This document shows, piece by piece, positions 1 to 14,137 of a DNA stretch of 64,000 nucleotides. A model generated the notes under the pieces. It was not told the origin of the DNA and did not search any database. It was given only the letters and a program-made list of their open reading frames with translations. Made by a program: the position numbers and the translations under genes. Every line of letters begins with the position of its first letter. Within the stretch, counting starts at the first letter, position 1. This DNA comes from Octopus vulgaris. Taxonomy: Eukaryota. The stretch lies in contig OX597814.1 in NCBI GenBank assembly GCA_951406725.2, positions 15,252,001-15,316,000 on the forward strand, read 5' to 3'.

Positions 1-815
1 ATTAAAACAACTGAAAATTATTATTGTATCAGTTGCTGAAACATTTTAATAAATCTTTCTATTTAATACAAATCTGCCAAAAGTATTTTAGGTGAGATTT
101 CCCTTTGCTTTCTCAATTGTACATTAACGAAATAGAGGCTGAATTCTCATAAAAATGAACAATGAACTATCATACCGAATAATGGAGCAAATAGGAAGAT
201 TGCTATTAGTATTAGTGTTAGAAATATAATTTACATGTACAATGTATAGTTGTTAACAATGAAAATTCACGTTCCTTAATGTCTCGATGTGTGATAAAAA
301 CATTCATTCATATAATAAAGCTGTGTGCGTATATATTTAAAACCTTATGTACTCTCAAACATGGAAAAACTTCGTTGCGGTAATCGTTTCGAAAAGTAAA
401 TTTTCGTTATAGATTATGTGTACAAAAGAAACACATGGGCTGTGTATGACGCCCTCGAACTGTAAAACACGTATATATGCGCGGTTACGCTTCATCAGTA
501 ACACACAGATTTAGTCGCTCACAATCCATTAAGAAATGCTTTTTTTTATATATAAACAGGAAAAAATACATTTCTTGGTAGGTGCTGAGCTTTTTCGGGC
601 TTTAATTAAATGAAGGTACATTAAGTAACAAAGATTGGGGATATTCTCATTTAACACTGTTTCATACATTGAGTCAAATAATAATTTACTGTAAGACAGA
701 TAATTAGTTAAGTCTAAGAAGCAGTCTAATTCGTAGATGTGTTTTAGATGTAAACTATATCTGATCGAGAACATCAAAGAGATTAAAGTAGTTACCCAAC
801 CTACTTTTTATTCAG

Positions 816-945
816 GTAGTATATCTAGGGCTAAAATATGCATTATGTCAACTATTTGTGTCAGTAGAATATGACTGGAGAATATATTTTTGCCAATAAT
901 GAATGGCGGCTTAGACTTTCCCAGTTTCACTCAGCTGGCTCATAG
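816..945 (+). CDS. Exon with one in-frame TGA (872-874)
   Basis: ttttattcag|GT...CATAG|gttaac; 130 nt, phase 1->2. Confidence 0.5.
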
Positions 946-1062
946 GTTAACTACATTTTACTAACAAAGAAATCGATCATTTGTATTGCACACTATCATT
1001 AAAATTATCTCTTTAGCCAAGGCCAGTCATGGTTGAACTTTTAATCCTTTCTTTTAATGTAG

Positions 1063-1191
1063 GACAATATCGCGATTAGCAGCCATAAGGTTTATATGAG
1101 CTACCAATTGTGGAAAAGATGTAGGAAATTATCTACAGATATGCGACCTTACCCGAATGCATGTAACAGCTCGGGATCCACTAAGATCATG
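1063..1191 (+). CDS. Exon with one in-frame TGA (1097-1099) in the phase-compatible frame
   Basis: cctttcttttaatgtag|GAC...CATG|gtaaga; 129 nt; strong splice signals; phase 2->2 fits both neighbouring exons. Confidence 0.6.
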
Positions 1192-2836
1192 GTAAGATCA
1201 GGCAGTGGTGTTACAAATGGAACACACATTTCATCTACACAAAGTTTTTATACAGTTTCTATCTCTGTATCGAATTTCAGTTACAATGCTTGATCAATGT
1301 GTCGCTATCGTCCTTAACACATGTGTAAGGCGTCAGTCATAGAACAGAATTCAAAAGAAAGTTGGAGTCAAGCGAAAGTCTAAACCACACGTCCCTACTC
1401 TGTACTGAATGCGCTCACATCTGACTGCATATCTGTTACATTGTCATCTTGTTTGCTTATGGCTGAAACAAAATATAATCAGGCAAGGATGATAGAAAGT
1501 GCTCAAATGGTCAGCAAATTGGACGACTGCTTCTTGAATCATGTTTTTATGAAATAGTAGTAAATATATTTAATTCTATACATTCACTTAACGCTTTCAA
1601 ACACGAAGCTTTATACACGTTGTATAAGTCTCTCTAAATCGCCAAAAACTCAGGTTTAAATTTTCAGATCCGTATTTAGTCAAGCAATAATCGATATGTA
1701 CATGCATAAGCTCAGAAATATACACATGTATAACACATAAACACACACATATACGCACCTTTATATACTTCATAATGTAAGTCAAATGTTATTGACGAAA
1801 ATAAAATGTTACTAACTGAAAAGTAGACAAATTGGTTATATCCTAGGCTTCTATCTCTTCATAAATGGAAAGAGTCTGCCGAACTGATCATCATCCGACC
1901 ATTGAGAATTAAAATCTGCGACCAAAACTGGTGGTGCCATTTGTCCAAAAAAGGAACCTCCAGGGCTACTTCATAACAGTCTATTTTTTTCTTTTTCAAC
2001 AGTAGCAATACACTTCACCATATATAAATCTAGATAGTAGTGACATATTAATTTTTCTACAATGCTAATGTTGATTTAACAATTGATGCTATTAAGGAAC
2101 AGAAAATTAGGCACGCAAAATACATTTTGAACTCTTACTTTCGTTAGAATTGTTAGCATGCAAAGCACGAGACATTTTGTAAAGCAAAGGTCTCATGATT
2201 GAATCAATAGGTGTTCAAAACTAGACTGAAATTTAGTTGATACCTAGTGAAGCGAGCATCATCCTGTTATGTACGCTATACGAGTTTATGCCTAATTTAC
2301 GCTTTCGTTGGTTGCTCTGAACGAATATGTCCCCATGCCCGTACGTGCGTGTGTGTGTATGTGTGTGTGTGTTTCCATGAATGAACAAATTAAACTTACG
2401 TACATATATGCATGCATATGTATGTATACCTGGGTGTGTGTGTGTGTATATCTGTGTGTGTGTATGTCTGTGTGTGTGTATGTATGTATGTTTATATGCA
2501 CACTATATTTACAAACCTTCCCCTTTCCCTCAGATCTACATATCTATTATGCTGTTCTTTTGTATATCTAACTGTCTTTATCACAAATTGAAAACTCCTG
2601 ATGACCTCTGACTGATTCTTGCTGACGTTTCTCCCATTATCCGCGTGAATATCAAGGTACTAGACCTGCGTTTCCTTACTCTCATCTGAATGCCTTACTC
2701 AACCCGCTTTCTGAACTATGGACATACCTAAGAATACGCGCAAGGAGGTACCTTCACGGGAATATGGATTAACTCCCATACCCTCCGGAACAGGATGAAC
2801 TATGAGCCATGGTGTACCTTGAACTTCATACCTTGC

Positions 2837-3015
2837 TACACATTTAAAATTAGATATTTCTCTACATGTGTCCTCATCTTGTTTGTTGGTACCACAAGGT
2901 TTCGGCTGATTGACTCTCCAGCTTTCATCAGGTGTCCTGGTAGAATTTTTAACATAACCCTGGGTAAATAACGTAAATAATGTACAGAATTCCTCATCTC
3001 AAAAATATAGAACAA
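2837..3015 (-). mobile_element. Hammerhead-bearing retroelement fragment with an inverted piece of its own 3' end
   Basis: Minus strand reads gacac CTGATGA aagctg..cagcc GAAA; homologous to 13146-13290. 2964-2990 is the same family's tail in the opposite orientation. Confidence 0.6.
2893..2936 (-). ncRNA. Minimal type I hammerhead ribozyme motif (degenerate copy)
   Basis: Stem I cac/gtg, CUGAUGA core, stem II gctg/cagc, GAAAC. Confidence 0.55.
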
Positions 3016-3065
3016 ATATTTCACTATATCTCCACATAAAAGTTTCCTTCCTATATATTCTCTTC

Positions 3066-3298
3066 AAGGCGGCGAGCTGGCAGAAACGTTAGCACGCCGG
3101 GCGAAATGCGTTGCCGTATTTCGTCTGCCGTTACGTTCCGAGTTCAAATTCCGCCGAGGTCGGCTTTGCCTTTCATCCTTCCGGGGTGGATAAATTAAGT
3201 ACCAGTTACGCACTGGGGTCGATTTAATCGACTTAATCCCTTTGTCTGTCCTTGTTTGTCTCCTCTGTGTTTAGCCCCTTGTGGGTAGTAAAGAAATA
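3066..3298 (+). mobile_element. tRNA-derived SINE, family A, full length with TSD
   Basis: GGCGGCGAGCTGGCAGAAACGTTAGC head, GAGTTCAAATTCC B-box-like motif; 14-bp TSD tatatattctcttc (3052-3065 / 3299-3312); several homologues in the window. Confidence 0.85.
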
Positions 3299-3510
3299 TA
3301 TATATTCTCTTCTTTATACGCTTGATATTTTGTCTCCAATGATATTTTATTGTATTTCTGCTTAATTCGCTTCCCCATTAAACCAATTTAAAAGAACTGA
3401 TAAGCTTGTCCTGCCTTGATTTTCTTTTCCTTTATATTATATTATATTATATTATATTATATTATATTATATTATATTATATTTATATATATATATATTC
3501 ATTTCATCGT

Positions 3511-3569
<59 letters not shown>

Positions 3570-3899
3570 ATATATATATATATATACATATAAATAAATA
3601 TATATATATATATATACATATAAATAAAAATATATATATATATTATATATTAGTTAATAATTTTATGTAGAGTTACCCATGTAGAGTTATATATATATTA
3701 GTTAATAATTTTATGTAGAGTTACCCAATCTTTCGCAGCTACTAAGCCAAACCTTGTGGACAGCTCGTCAGATTCTATATGAATACAAAATTTAAATATA
3801 TGATCAAACCATGCCACCTTCTAGGCTAATACATACGGTATCTTGTCTAGGACGTTCCCACCCAGAATCAACGTTCTCAAGGCCTTCGAAGCGGCCCTA

Positions 3900-5360
3900 C
3901 TAGGCATAATACCCAGGCTGAAATTCCGTAATTCCTTTTCCTCTTTTCAAAGCAAACTCCGTGAAGATATACATAAAATAAGAAACTCTAACGCTAATCA
4001 TCTCGGATAAGAATAAGCACTTATACATACGCTTACGATAGGCTTTTAAAAGATTCAGTCACACAAAACTACAGATGGGCTTCCCCATACACTTACAATA
4101 GCAGTAACTCTGAAGCTAAGAAAATAGAAGTTAATCTAGGTATAGGAGACAGAGTAGAGATCTCGTCCATGAGAAATGCTTTTATAACTCTGAAAGATCA
4201 CAAGCCGAATTTTGCCTCTAACCCCGAATGCTGTCTGGTCAACGTGGCCAAGTCCGAGATTGGCCAGACGAGTAACTATATAGTAAGGAGGATTAATGAT
4301 GACATAAGAAGACACACGACCCTCCCTCTATGGTGCAGCACCAATTTGGTAACCGCATTGCCAAACGGGACAGCGTAAGAGCTAGATTTACACATTGTCG
4401 ACATTCATCCATCTATTTCTAGTGTTATTATTCAAGGTATTTTCCTTTGCTAAGTGCTTCACAGATATTAGTGATAGTGATGTTAGAGTTATCATGCATG
4501 CTAGGAAGAGGGTGATGTTCAGCAAAGATTCGACTTGGGTCAAACAATCTGACCCTGAGGGCTCCTTTGATGTAGCTGTGGGACCATATGACAGCGCCGA
4601 TATTTGTGATCTTATCGGACTGTACATCTTGGACACCTTAGGGAAGCGTTTCCCTTCGGTCTTTTTCGGCCTCTACAAAGATTACACCCTGATAATCTCT
4701 AGAGGAACCAACAGCTACACGTTAGATAGACGTAGAAAGAACCTAATTGGCACCTTAGGCTTAATGGGTATGAAGCTTACCATTGAGACTAATCTCACCA
4801 CAGTAGATTTTTTTAGTTGCTACTTTAGATCTGGGCTCTGGTACATACAGGCCCTATCACAAGGCAAACGACAGATTGTCTTATATTTGCACAGCCTCCG
4901 GCCCCCTCCCATTGTCTTCAAGAACCTAGTGAAAGGTGTAAGCAAGAGGATCTCGAATGAATCTATACTCGATCCAAGATATCTTCGATGAGGCTGTCCC
5001 CTACTACGATGAGTCACTGGTATTGAGTGGGTTGAAGTACCGCGTCTCCTACATTCCTGTCCCTAGCACCCGAAAAAGGAAGCGTTGTAGAAATGTCGTT
5101 TGGTTTACTCCACTCTTCTTACTCAACGTCAAGACTTGTGTGGTAAAGATTTTCCTTAGATTAATAGACTTCAAGCGTTACTTATTAGAACATTGGACTT
5201 CCCCTGTTTGCTCCTTAAGGCTCTCCGAATCTATAAAGTTGTTTTTTACCCTCTGATGAAGGAGAAATAACCCGTATTCATTAACTATTTTTCGTATTTC
5301 TCGAGTTCTGAACGTTTATGAGTGTTTTGAGCGTCTGTAAAGTAGATATTTCAAAATGTT
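3900..5360 (+). mobile_element. Penelope-like retroelement RT relic (Nematis-like, tentative), frameshifted, GIY-YIG part missing
   Basis: NAFITLKDHKPNF..CLVNVAKSEIG, FDVAVGPYDSADICDLIGLYIL, GLYKDY (decayed YRDD), RKRCRNVVWFTP; partial CTGATGA hammerhead at about 5253. Confidence 0.8.
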
Positions 5361-5472
5361 GTATTCATATAGAGTCTGACGATCTGTCCCCAAGTTTGAC
5401 ATGTAGGTAGGAAACCTTGGGTAGCTCTATATAAAATTTTGTTGTTATATATATATATATATATACGTGTGT

Positions 5473-5523
<51 letters not shown>

Positions 5524-5628
5524 TGTATGTGTGTGCATGTGTGTGTAAGCAATTACAGCGTGGAGGTTATTTATAAGCCATTTAAAAACATACAAAAACC
5601 TTTAGATTCATTTCAACACTTAATTTAA

Positions 5629-5679
5629 TTTGTCAAAATATTTCCGTCGCTTTGAAACCGCGACCTGTTCAATGACAAA
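5629..5679 (-). ncRNA. Hammerhead-like motif in a short PLE-type terminal fragment (about 5550-5693)
   Basis: ttgtca UUGAACA g gtcgc..gcgac g GAAA tattt tgacaa: 6-bp stem I, 5-bp stem II, palindromic AAATATTT stem III. Confidence 0.55.
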
Positions 5680-5690
5680 ATTCCTTGCTG

Positions 5691-5749
<59 letters not shown>

Positions 5750-6199
5750 TTCTTACATGCTTATATATATATATGTTTGTGGTGTATGTATGTTTTTATA
5801 TTAATATTTGTGTTACTATGTGAGTGATATATTTGTGTAATTTACGACTGATATGTATGTTGCTTTTGTTAGTGATGTGTGTTTCTTCTTTTTGGGGAGT
5901 GTACAATCGCAATAAAAATTGTGCATAACATGGTTGGCTGTAGGAATTTTACTATGATCTCAAAATGATTAGACACCACAGTTATGTGGTCAAAGAAAAT
6001 AAAAGTATTCATTTCCTAAAGTAACAAGTCTTATTGCCTAATTCTCGAGTGAGTAGAAAAAGTATTTATTGTGTAGCTGCCTCTCAAACTATTTGATATA
6101 TCGCATATTAGAATTTGTTAAGGAAAATACAAGAACTAAAAGTTTTTAAAAATGTACGATTGATGAAAGAAACGAAAATAAAATTAAATATTACTGCAG

Positions 6200-6236
6200 G
6201 ATCATTCTGAAAGATATTGGAAATATTAAGAGATTA
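6200..6236 (+). CDS. Short exon (W)IILKDIGNIKRL
   Basis: ttactgcag|GATC...GATTA|gtaagt; 37 nt, phase 2->0. Confidence 0.5.
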
Positions 6237-6521
6237 GTAAGTACTTTATATTTTCCCAGTTATATATTTTTTTGTTTGGTGAGGAGTAGATACTGGGTTC
6301 CAGTACATGGTAATATAATTTTATTTTCTAATAACACCATGATATGAAATATGAAATATCATTTAAAGACACCGGTCGATAAACAAATATTAAAGAAAAG
6401 TTCTTGATGATTTTTGTAGTTCTTTATTTTTTTTTTCCTTTTCTGTCTTTGATATTTGTTTATCTTGTTTAATATATTCAATAGATGCAGATAGAAATTT
6501 GCGTTGCAAGTTTATTTATAG

Positions 6522-6605
6522 AATAAGAAGAATGAGTACGATTTAGAAATGTTATCTCGAACACTGAATTCGATTAAAAATGGTTGCACACTGATGTGTT
6601 TATGA
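6522..6605 (+). CDS. Exon NKKNEYDLEMLSRTLNSIKNGCTLMCL* (3' end uncertain)
   Basis: tttatttatag|AAT, phase 0, open until TGA TGA TAA. Confidence 0.35.
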   Translation, partial: NKKNEYDLEMLSRTLNSIKNGCTLMCL

Positions 6606-7814
6606 TGATAACTACATGATACATAACATTCTTGGGTTATTAAAGATGTAAATGGGTTTCTCTACACTAAAGTCTATTGGGAATAATCATTTTAGTTGGT
6701 GGAATATTGAACAGGAATACTTGAATATATTTGTAGTATATTCACTATCGCATGAATATTATTGACAACTTAGCGACAATTGAGCGCCATGTTTCAAATA
6801 GTGTGAATATTAAATCGCACATGACTGGGTGTACAGGAAGAAGCACTCCAAATATAGACTTTACTAAAGTAGGACGGTATGTAGATTGTATGTCTGTATA
6901 TTTGTGAATTTGCATGTGTGTGCATGCGAGTGCGCAGATGCGTGTGTAAGGGAGAAAGAGGTCAGGACAGAGACATACTTCTCTGGCAGACACATACTTC
7001 TGATAACCACAACCAATTGTGCTGTCGGCTTTGAAGCAATTAAACTATTATCCTACCCTCCAAACTTGTTTGGTGAGGAGAGTGACTTGAGACAACTTTC
7101 TGGATTACAAATTTGCCAAAGGACGGATGAAAGTAAGAGAGTCAACAGCCATCCAATACAATGAATATATTGCATGTGTGTTCATTTACATATATTTATA
7201 AATTCACAAGCACTCACCTGAAACCGTATGTGTTCGAATGTTTTGAACACTGTAGGTCTTGTGCTGCTCAAGGTTTTTACAATGAGATTTCATATGCAAA
7301 TACTAAATCCAGTAAAGTTTTGTTGTTCGTGAAACTCCAAACAAGCAACGAACATTCTGTAACCGTAAATCATGCATCATGTGCAACTACGTCAATGAAA
7401 TACCGTCTTTAGGTATTTTCCAAAGATTCCTCGTTCTTATTGCTTAAGGAAGGGGTAAAACAGGGCAAGCATACGCGATCTCCCACTAAACTTTGCAGTT
7501 AATATCTGTATTATGGCTGGCAAGTTAGTTTTAGTTTTATTACTTTGATATTGTATGCCTTCATAATGAAAAACAGAGACACCGGAGAACTACTCAATTT
7601 TGACAGTTGATTAGACTAGAAGAACGTGGAATGAAGTGTTATGCTTAAGAGCTCGACGCATCACCCGGTCCAGAAATCGAAACCACAACTTCGCGATCAT
7701 GCGTACAAAACAACGCACCTCCATAAATTGTATATAATGTACTCAGTCTTCATTACCTTTTAAGTGGAGAAATTAATTTGGTTGGATCACATAGATTGTT
7801 ATGTGTTAGAAATA

Positions 7815-8253
7815 TTGATTTCAAATTTTGTCACAAGTGCAGGTATATTGCGGGAGATGTGTTAAGTCGATTACATCGACCCCGTTGTTCAGCTGGTACA
7901 TATTATATCGACTTTGAAAGACATCAAAGGCAAAGTCGATCTTGACTGAATTTGAACGCATAACATAAAGACGGACGAAATGCCGAGCATTTTGCTCGGC
8001 GTGCTAACAATTCCGCCAGCTTCCCGCCTTATATATTAGAAATATTCTTTTCTCCTCAAAGCAGAAGGCCCGAAATTTTGCGGGAGGTGCCAGACGATTA
8101 GATCAACCTAGTACGCAACTGGTACTTAATTTATCGACCTCGAAAGGATAAAAGGTATAGTTGACTCAGCGGAATTTGAACTCAGAACGTAAAGACGAAA
8201 TACTGCTAAGCATTTCGCCCGGCGTGCTCACGTTTCTGCCAGCTCACCTCCTT
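7815..8253 (-). mobile_element. Two tandem diverged family A SINEs (about 7815-8030 and 8065-8253)
   Basis: Reverse-complement similarity to 3066-3298 (ggaatttgaactcagaacgtaa...ttctgccagctc). Confidence 0.75.
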
Positions 8254-8501
8254 ACATTTTAGAAATATTAAATATATTCTAAGTGACGTGGAAATTTCGG
8301 ATGGTGTGTATGGATCAGGAAGGAAGTGTGACTTAAAATGCTGAGTATGTTGCATTGAGTGTAAGTATCATTACATCTAAAATAAGAGAAAAATGATCCC
8401 AATACATGGACAGATAAATGTACAACTATTTCAATACAGAAATGTTATGTCCGCAAAGCATACGCACAAATATGCATGTATGTGTATGTAAACAAACACA
8501 A

Positions 8502-8631
<130 letters not shown>

Positions 8632-8639
8632 GTACATTA

Positions 8640-8965
8640 TCAAGAAAGGCAACAGGAAGCTTCGTTTTAGATTGAATTTCAGAATTCAATTAGTGTATGA
8701 ACCATAAGCTTCTCGCATTAATTGCTGTCATTAATGATGTGGCGACGAACAGGTGACATGCTGTCAGATTCATTAGAGTATGGAACAACTATGCCTTCAC
8801 GCTCTGAGTTCAAATTTGGTCGAAATATTACCTTCCATTCTTACGGGATTAGTAAAATAAATCAAACGTATTTGCTGAAGCTACTGTAGCTACTGATGCA
8901 GCAAAGAAAATAATGGCATATTAGCAAATTCACCAGAGTGTAGGGCAAAAGACCTTGTAGTATTT
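8640..8965 (+). repeat. Dispersed local duplication of 12524-13010
   Basis: Near-identical from tcaagaaaggcaacagg to gaccttgtagtattt. Confidence 0.9.
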
Positions 8966-9466
8966 TTGTAGTAAATTAATCAGGTATTTCGATTCAGTGT
9001 CCAGAGCAATATTTTACAATATTTCATGATGCGCTATAACCGTACCACCCGTCAAGGAGAGGCTATATCGTTAGAAAACACGAGTCGTCTAATATCAGAA
9101 TAATCATAAAATAAATTACTAATATTTCGAATGTATTTAATATACTTCATGCTGTTACGCGTCAAATTGTTTCGTTTTACAAGTGAAGTAGCTTGGTAGA
9201 TTCCAATAACTTCGTTTCTAAAGTTTGAAGACAATTTATTCTGTATACAATTTGTTGTGTAAATGCTTAAACCGAACGAATTAAATACTTATCAAATATA
9301 AGTGATCTTGGTTTTGTGATTATTGCAATACATATATATATATATACATGCATAAATGTATATATGTATACGTATGTATGTATGTATGTATGTACGCATG
9401 TATGTATGTATGCATGTATGTATGTATGTATGTATGTATGTATGTATGTATGTATGTATGTATGTA

Positions 9467-9504
<38 letters not shown>

Positions 9505-9889
9505 CTTGGAAAATGATGCGTGGCGTTTGATCATATAATAATATAAATAATATATAATTATATGCATATATACATAGATATATGTACATACCTACATATA
9601 TATGTATATATACATGCATATATCGGTACAGGACATAAAAAAACGTTGAACAATGAAAAACGAAATCATAAAAGCAAAAACATAGAAACGAACTTTTTTT
9701 CGAACAACGAAAAAAACAAACAAACAGAGAAACGAGATATACAACATAAAGAATATTCCCCTTCCTCAGTTGTCCCTGTTTCAACTACTCCACATTCTGA
9801 AGGCAAATACAAGACGCGACTTCGTTGAAAAGTCCTTCTCGCATTACATATATATATAGAGAGAGAATTTACACACACAAAAAAAAAAC

Positions 9890-10050
9890 GACGAAGACGG
9901 GTGTGTAAACAACAAACAGATGTATTAGTTTAACGCTCGGGAAGTGAGAAAGTCTTTTACGTTTCGAGCCTACGCTCTTCGACAGAAAGGAACACAGAAA
10001 TATACGGTGTGAGAAAATAGAAAAAGGTTTAGTGGCTAGCGATCTATCAT
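9890..10050 (-). mobile_element. PLE-type terminal fragment with degenerate hammerhead
   Basis: Minus strand gaagagcgtaggctcGAAACGTAaaagac; related pieces at 35020-35086 and 59280-59465. Confidence 0.45.
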
Positions 10051-10599
10051 ACCTACACACTCACACAAAGACACACGCATAGATATGCACAGGGATAAAT
10101 ATAAACGTATATGTATGTGGGTATAGCCATAGAATCGCTCTTTCTGAAAAGTGCACGAGTTCAAAGGTGTTTCTATACATTATATAATAAGCAATGTTAG
10201 ATGATATTTCTGCTGAAATTCAGAAACTGATATTCCCATAAATAGTTACTTAATAATTTTCTCTATTGGTGAGAAATTATTACACATAATTACACAATTA
10301 GTCGACAATGATAAAGGTGTTATGGACAATTTCTGTCACCTCTTTGATAAAATAATTACTACGTGTGACTCTTAGCGTGATCACTTGATGTGCTAAATAT
10401 AGCAGCCATATCTATCGCAAATCACACTGTATCATATTAAAATCACATGGGTTAAAGATAGCTCGGCGTACACATTTCGTGAAAGACATGAGAGGGTGGT
10501 CATTTCTAGAATGTCAATTATCGATTAGCTGTAAAATGGTGAACTATAAAACATTACCACTACTTCGAGTAAATAACTACCCTCTTACATGCGTCACCT

Positions 10600-11411
10600 T
10601 CTTAATACTACTACCTCTGCCACCATTTCTGCCTCCGCCGACACATCCACTGCCACCCTCGCTGCCGCCATCATTACAGCCATTATAGCAATCCCCACTT
10701 CCGTCACCACTGACACTGCCTTCGCCGCCCCTACCACCACACTATCCACCACGACCTCTACTTCCACCACCACTACCACCACCACCACCTCTTCTATCAC
10801 TTCCACCACCGATTTCACTATAACTGCTATTACCACTATCATTTTCACCACTAATACCATTAACACTGGCTCCACACATGAACCACCTTCCCCATCAGAA
10901 TCACCATCTTCATCATCAAAACATACACCATTTGTTTCTTCCTTTCTCCTCTTTCTCCATATGTTTGTCCATAGCATTTTTATGAAGTCCTTCCAAAACA
11001 CCATATCAATTCCGTCGCACGACTGGATAATTACCACCGCCAATAAACATCACCTTCTCTCTCAACGCTATTACTACAATTATTTTAATTATCGTTACTA
11101 CATGCAAGCACTCTACTATCATCTCTGTTCTTCCCTTACTCCTACCCTACTTCTCATTCGGACTCTAACTCTCACTCACTTTTCTTCACACCTTCCTCCT
11201 ACTACCTCATAAGAGATGCACAACATTTACACTGCTTCAAACAGAATGGGTGACGATTGGGAAGTCTTTCATGACACTTTTGTCGGGTGCGATAACGAGG
11301 CGATAATACCAGCAACTATTGCTCCTTCCCGGTCAATTCCTCCTCCTCCTCCTCCGACTGCTGCTGTTGCTACTACTACTACTACTACTGCTGCTACTGC
11401 TGCTGCTGTTG

Positions 11412-11488
<77 letters not shown>

Positions 11489-11794
11489 TGCTAACGTTTA
11501 TGCGTTATCAACGAGTACAACCTGACCTCAGATGCACTCTTTATGTCAGCAGTGTTATCTTCATGATTCGAATCCCGCAGAGATCGAATTTACCTTTCAT
11601 CGTTCTGGTATGGATAAATTAAAGAACTAATTGTCGATCAAGTGAACCGCATCACTTCCCCAGATATGTACTTGATCTCCAAAAATCAATATTATAGTAA
11701 TGATTAGCATGACTGCTGTACCCACCATTTCGAAGCCCTCTTACCTGTTACGCCCACCACGACCATAAGAGTTGGCAGCGATGCCATCGTCAAT

Positions 11795-11827
<33 letters not shown>

Positions 11828-11858
11828 GTCATCATCATCATCATCATCATCGTCATCG

Positions 11859-11908
<50 letters not shown>

Positions 11909-11916
11909 GTCGTCAA

Positions 11917-11971
<55 letters not shown>

Positions 11972-12165
11972 GTCGTCGTCAACATCATCATCCCCGTCGT
12001 TATCGTCTTTATCGTCGTCGTCGTTGTCACAGTTATCATGATCACATAATTTGCGTTATAATCGCCCATCACCACCACCACCACAACCACCACCACCACC
12101 AAATATACGACTGTCACTAACATCACCACCAAAAAGACCAGGCTCCACTATCATCATCCTCATCA
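10600..12165. repeat. Compound trinucleotide low-complexity block (CAC/CCT/ACT/GCT/CAT/CGT)n
   Basis: Direct; explains the poly-T/V/L/M/S ORFs in several frames. Confidence 0.9.
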
Positions 12166-12625
12166 TTTTGTGTATCATTTTAACGGGATTAATTAAATGA
12201 ATGCACATGAAAGACAACGCGGGGTTACTCTTCCAGTATGATGTCATGAATAAACCATGTTTTGACAAATTATTTATATATAGAAAACCAATATAGCAAA
12301 TAAAAACTTTCTGACTAACAAATATTTGTACAGCATCGGGAGTAAATTAAAAGAAACTAACGTTTTGCAATAATAACGTTTCGAACGCAGAGTTTGCACG
12401 TTCACTGAAGTAGAATGCGTTTTAATGGATTTCCAAATTCACACTGTATAACGATGAAACAAATGACGTTGTTAAAACCGAATGGATATTCAAAGTTATC
12501 ATCACCTAGAAATTTAGTGTCTGTCAAGAAAGGCAACAGGAAGCTTCGTTTTAGATTGGATTTCAGAATTCAATTAGTGTATGAACCATAAGCTTCTCGC
12601 ATTAATTGCTGTCATTAATGACGTG

Positions 12626-12942
12626 GCGACGAACAGGTGGCATGCTGTCAGATTCATTAGAGTATAGAACAACTATGCCTTCACGCTCTGAGTTCAAATT
12701 TGGTCGAAATATTACCTTTCATTCTTACGGGATTAGTAAAAATAAATCAAACGTTTTTTTTTGCTGTAGCTACTGTAGCTACTGATGCGACGAACAGGTG
12801 GCATGCTGTCAGATTCATTAGAGTATGGAACAACTATGCCTTCATGCTCTGAGTTCAAATTTGGTCGAAATATTACCTTTCATTCTTACGGGATTAGTAA
12901 AATAAATCAAACGTATTTGCTGTAGCTACTGTAGCTACTGAT
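12626..12942 (+). repeat. Tandem duplication of about 160 bp
   Basis: gcgacgaacagg...gtagctactgat occurs at 12626-12786 and 12787-12942. Confidence 0.9.
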
Positions 12943-13145
12943 GCAGCAAAGAAAACAATGGCATATTAGCAAATTCACCAGAGTGTAAGGCAAAAGACCT
13001 TGTAGTATTTGCTTGCGGATCCTCGCGTTTCGAATTCAAATGCTATTAAAGAAGTTAATTTTACCATACAATCTTTCGGAGGTCTTTAACATAAACTGCA
13101 TAGCCAGAGTACGAATTGGAATGACTGTCAGATCGTCAGACAAGT

Positions 13146-13500
<355 letters not shown>

Positions 13501-13602
13501 AATTCTAAGATCTCTGGCGAGTGTGTAGAATTTGCCTAGCTACCAAGGTGGGGACATGTAAAATATAGCCGCAATAGCTTAATAGGGAAGCTACTCATGT
13601 TT

Positions 13603-13746
13603 AAGTAATATTCATAGCCACTTTAACATGGGTGTCCGTTCGAGCGGATTCTACGACGATTTCTTAACTCCGAGAAGACCGGTCAAGAAATCACAGTAGA
13701 TCCGCTGAAACGGACAGCCATATTAAAGTGGTTACGAATATTACTT
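13603..13746. mobile_element. Imperfect foldback/MITE-like element
   Basis: Imperfect inverted arms of about 65 bp: aagtaatattcatagccactttaa... / ...ttaaagtggttacgaatattactt. Confidence 0.65.
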
Positions 13747-14076
13747 CTCAGTACAACTGCTGCGTTGATCTCTTAGAGATATTTTAGAACTAGCATTTTT
13801 GCATGTTACTCAAGTATACTTCAGCGAAAATTCCATAATGAGCACTAGATTTGTCATGTACTTTATTTTATGATGTTAGTCGATCTCTTATACTTCGCGT
13901 AGATGAAAGTTTGTGAGAAAAGCATTGGTTGTCTTGATGTCACTATATGTGTGCATATGTATGCATATATATACATACATATATAGATACAGATTGAGAA
14001 ACATACATACATATATAGAATCAGCTAGAGAAACAGATTGACACACAGACAGACAAACAGACAGATAAATGGATAG

Positions 14077-14135
<59 letters not shown>

Positions 14136-14137
14136 AT

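Larger units (their letters stand above)
816..6605 (+). pseudogene. Plus-strand multi-exon gene fragment with in-frame stop codons (pseudogene or editing-dependent gene); product not recognised
   Basis: Four AG/GT-bounded exons join in phase: 816-945 (1->2), 1063-1191 (2->2), 6200-6236 (2->0), 6522 onward (0). Translation: SISRAKICIMSTICVSRI*LENIFLPIMNGGLDFPSFTQLAHRTISRLAAIRFI*ATNCGKDVGNYLQICDLTRMHVTARDPLRSWIILKDIGNIKRLNKKNEYDLEMLSRTLNSIKNGCTLMCL*. Further candidate exons at 6990-7132 and from 7256 have ambiguous frames. Confidence 0.5.

Noticed and set aside
1063-1191. Stop-free phase-0 reading DNIAISSHKVYMSYQLW...
   Set aside because: It is incompatible with the phases of the exons at 816-945 and 6200-6236; kept as the alternative.
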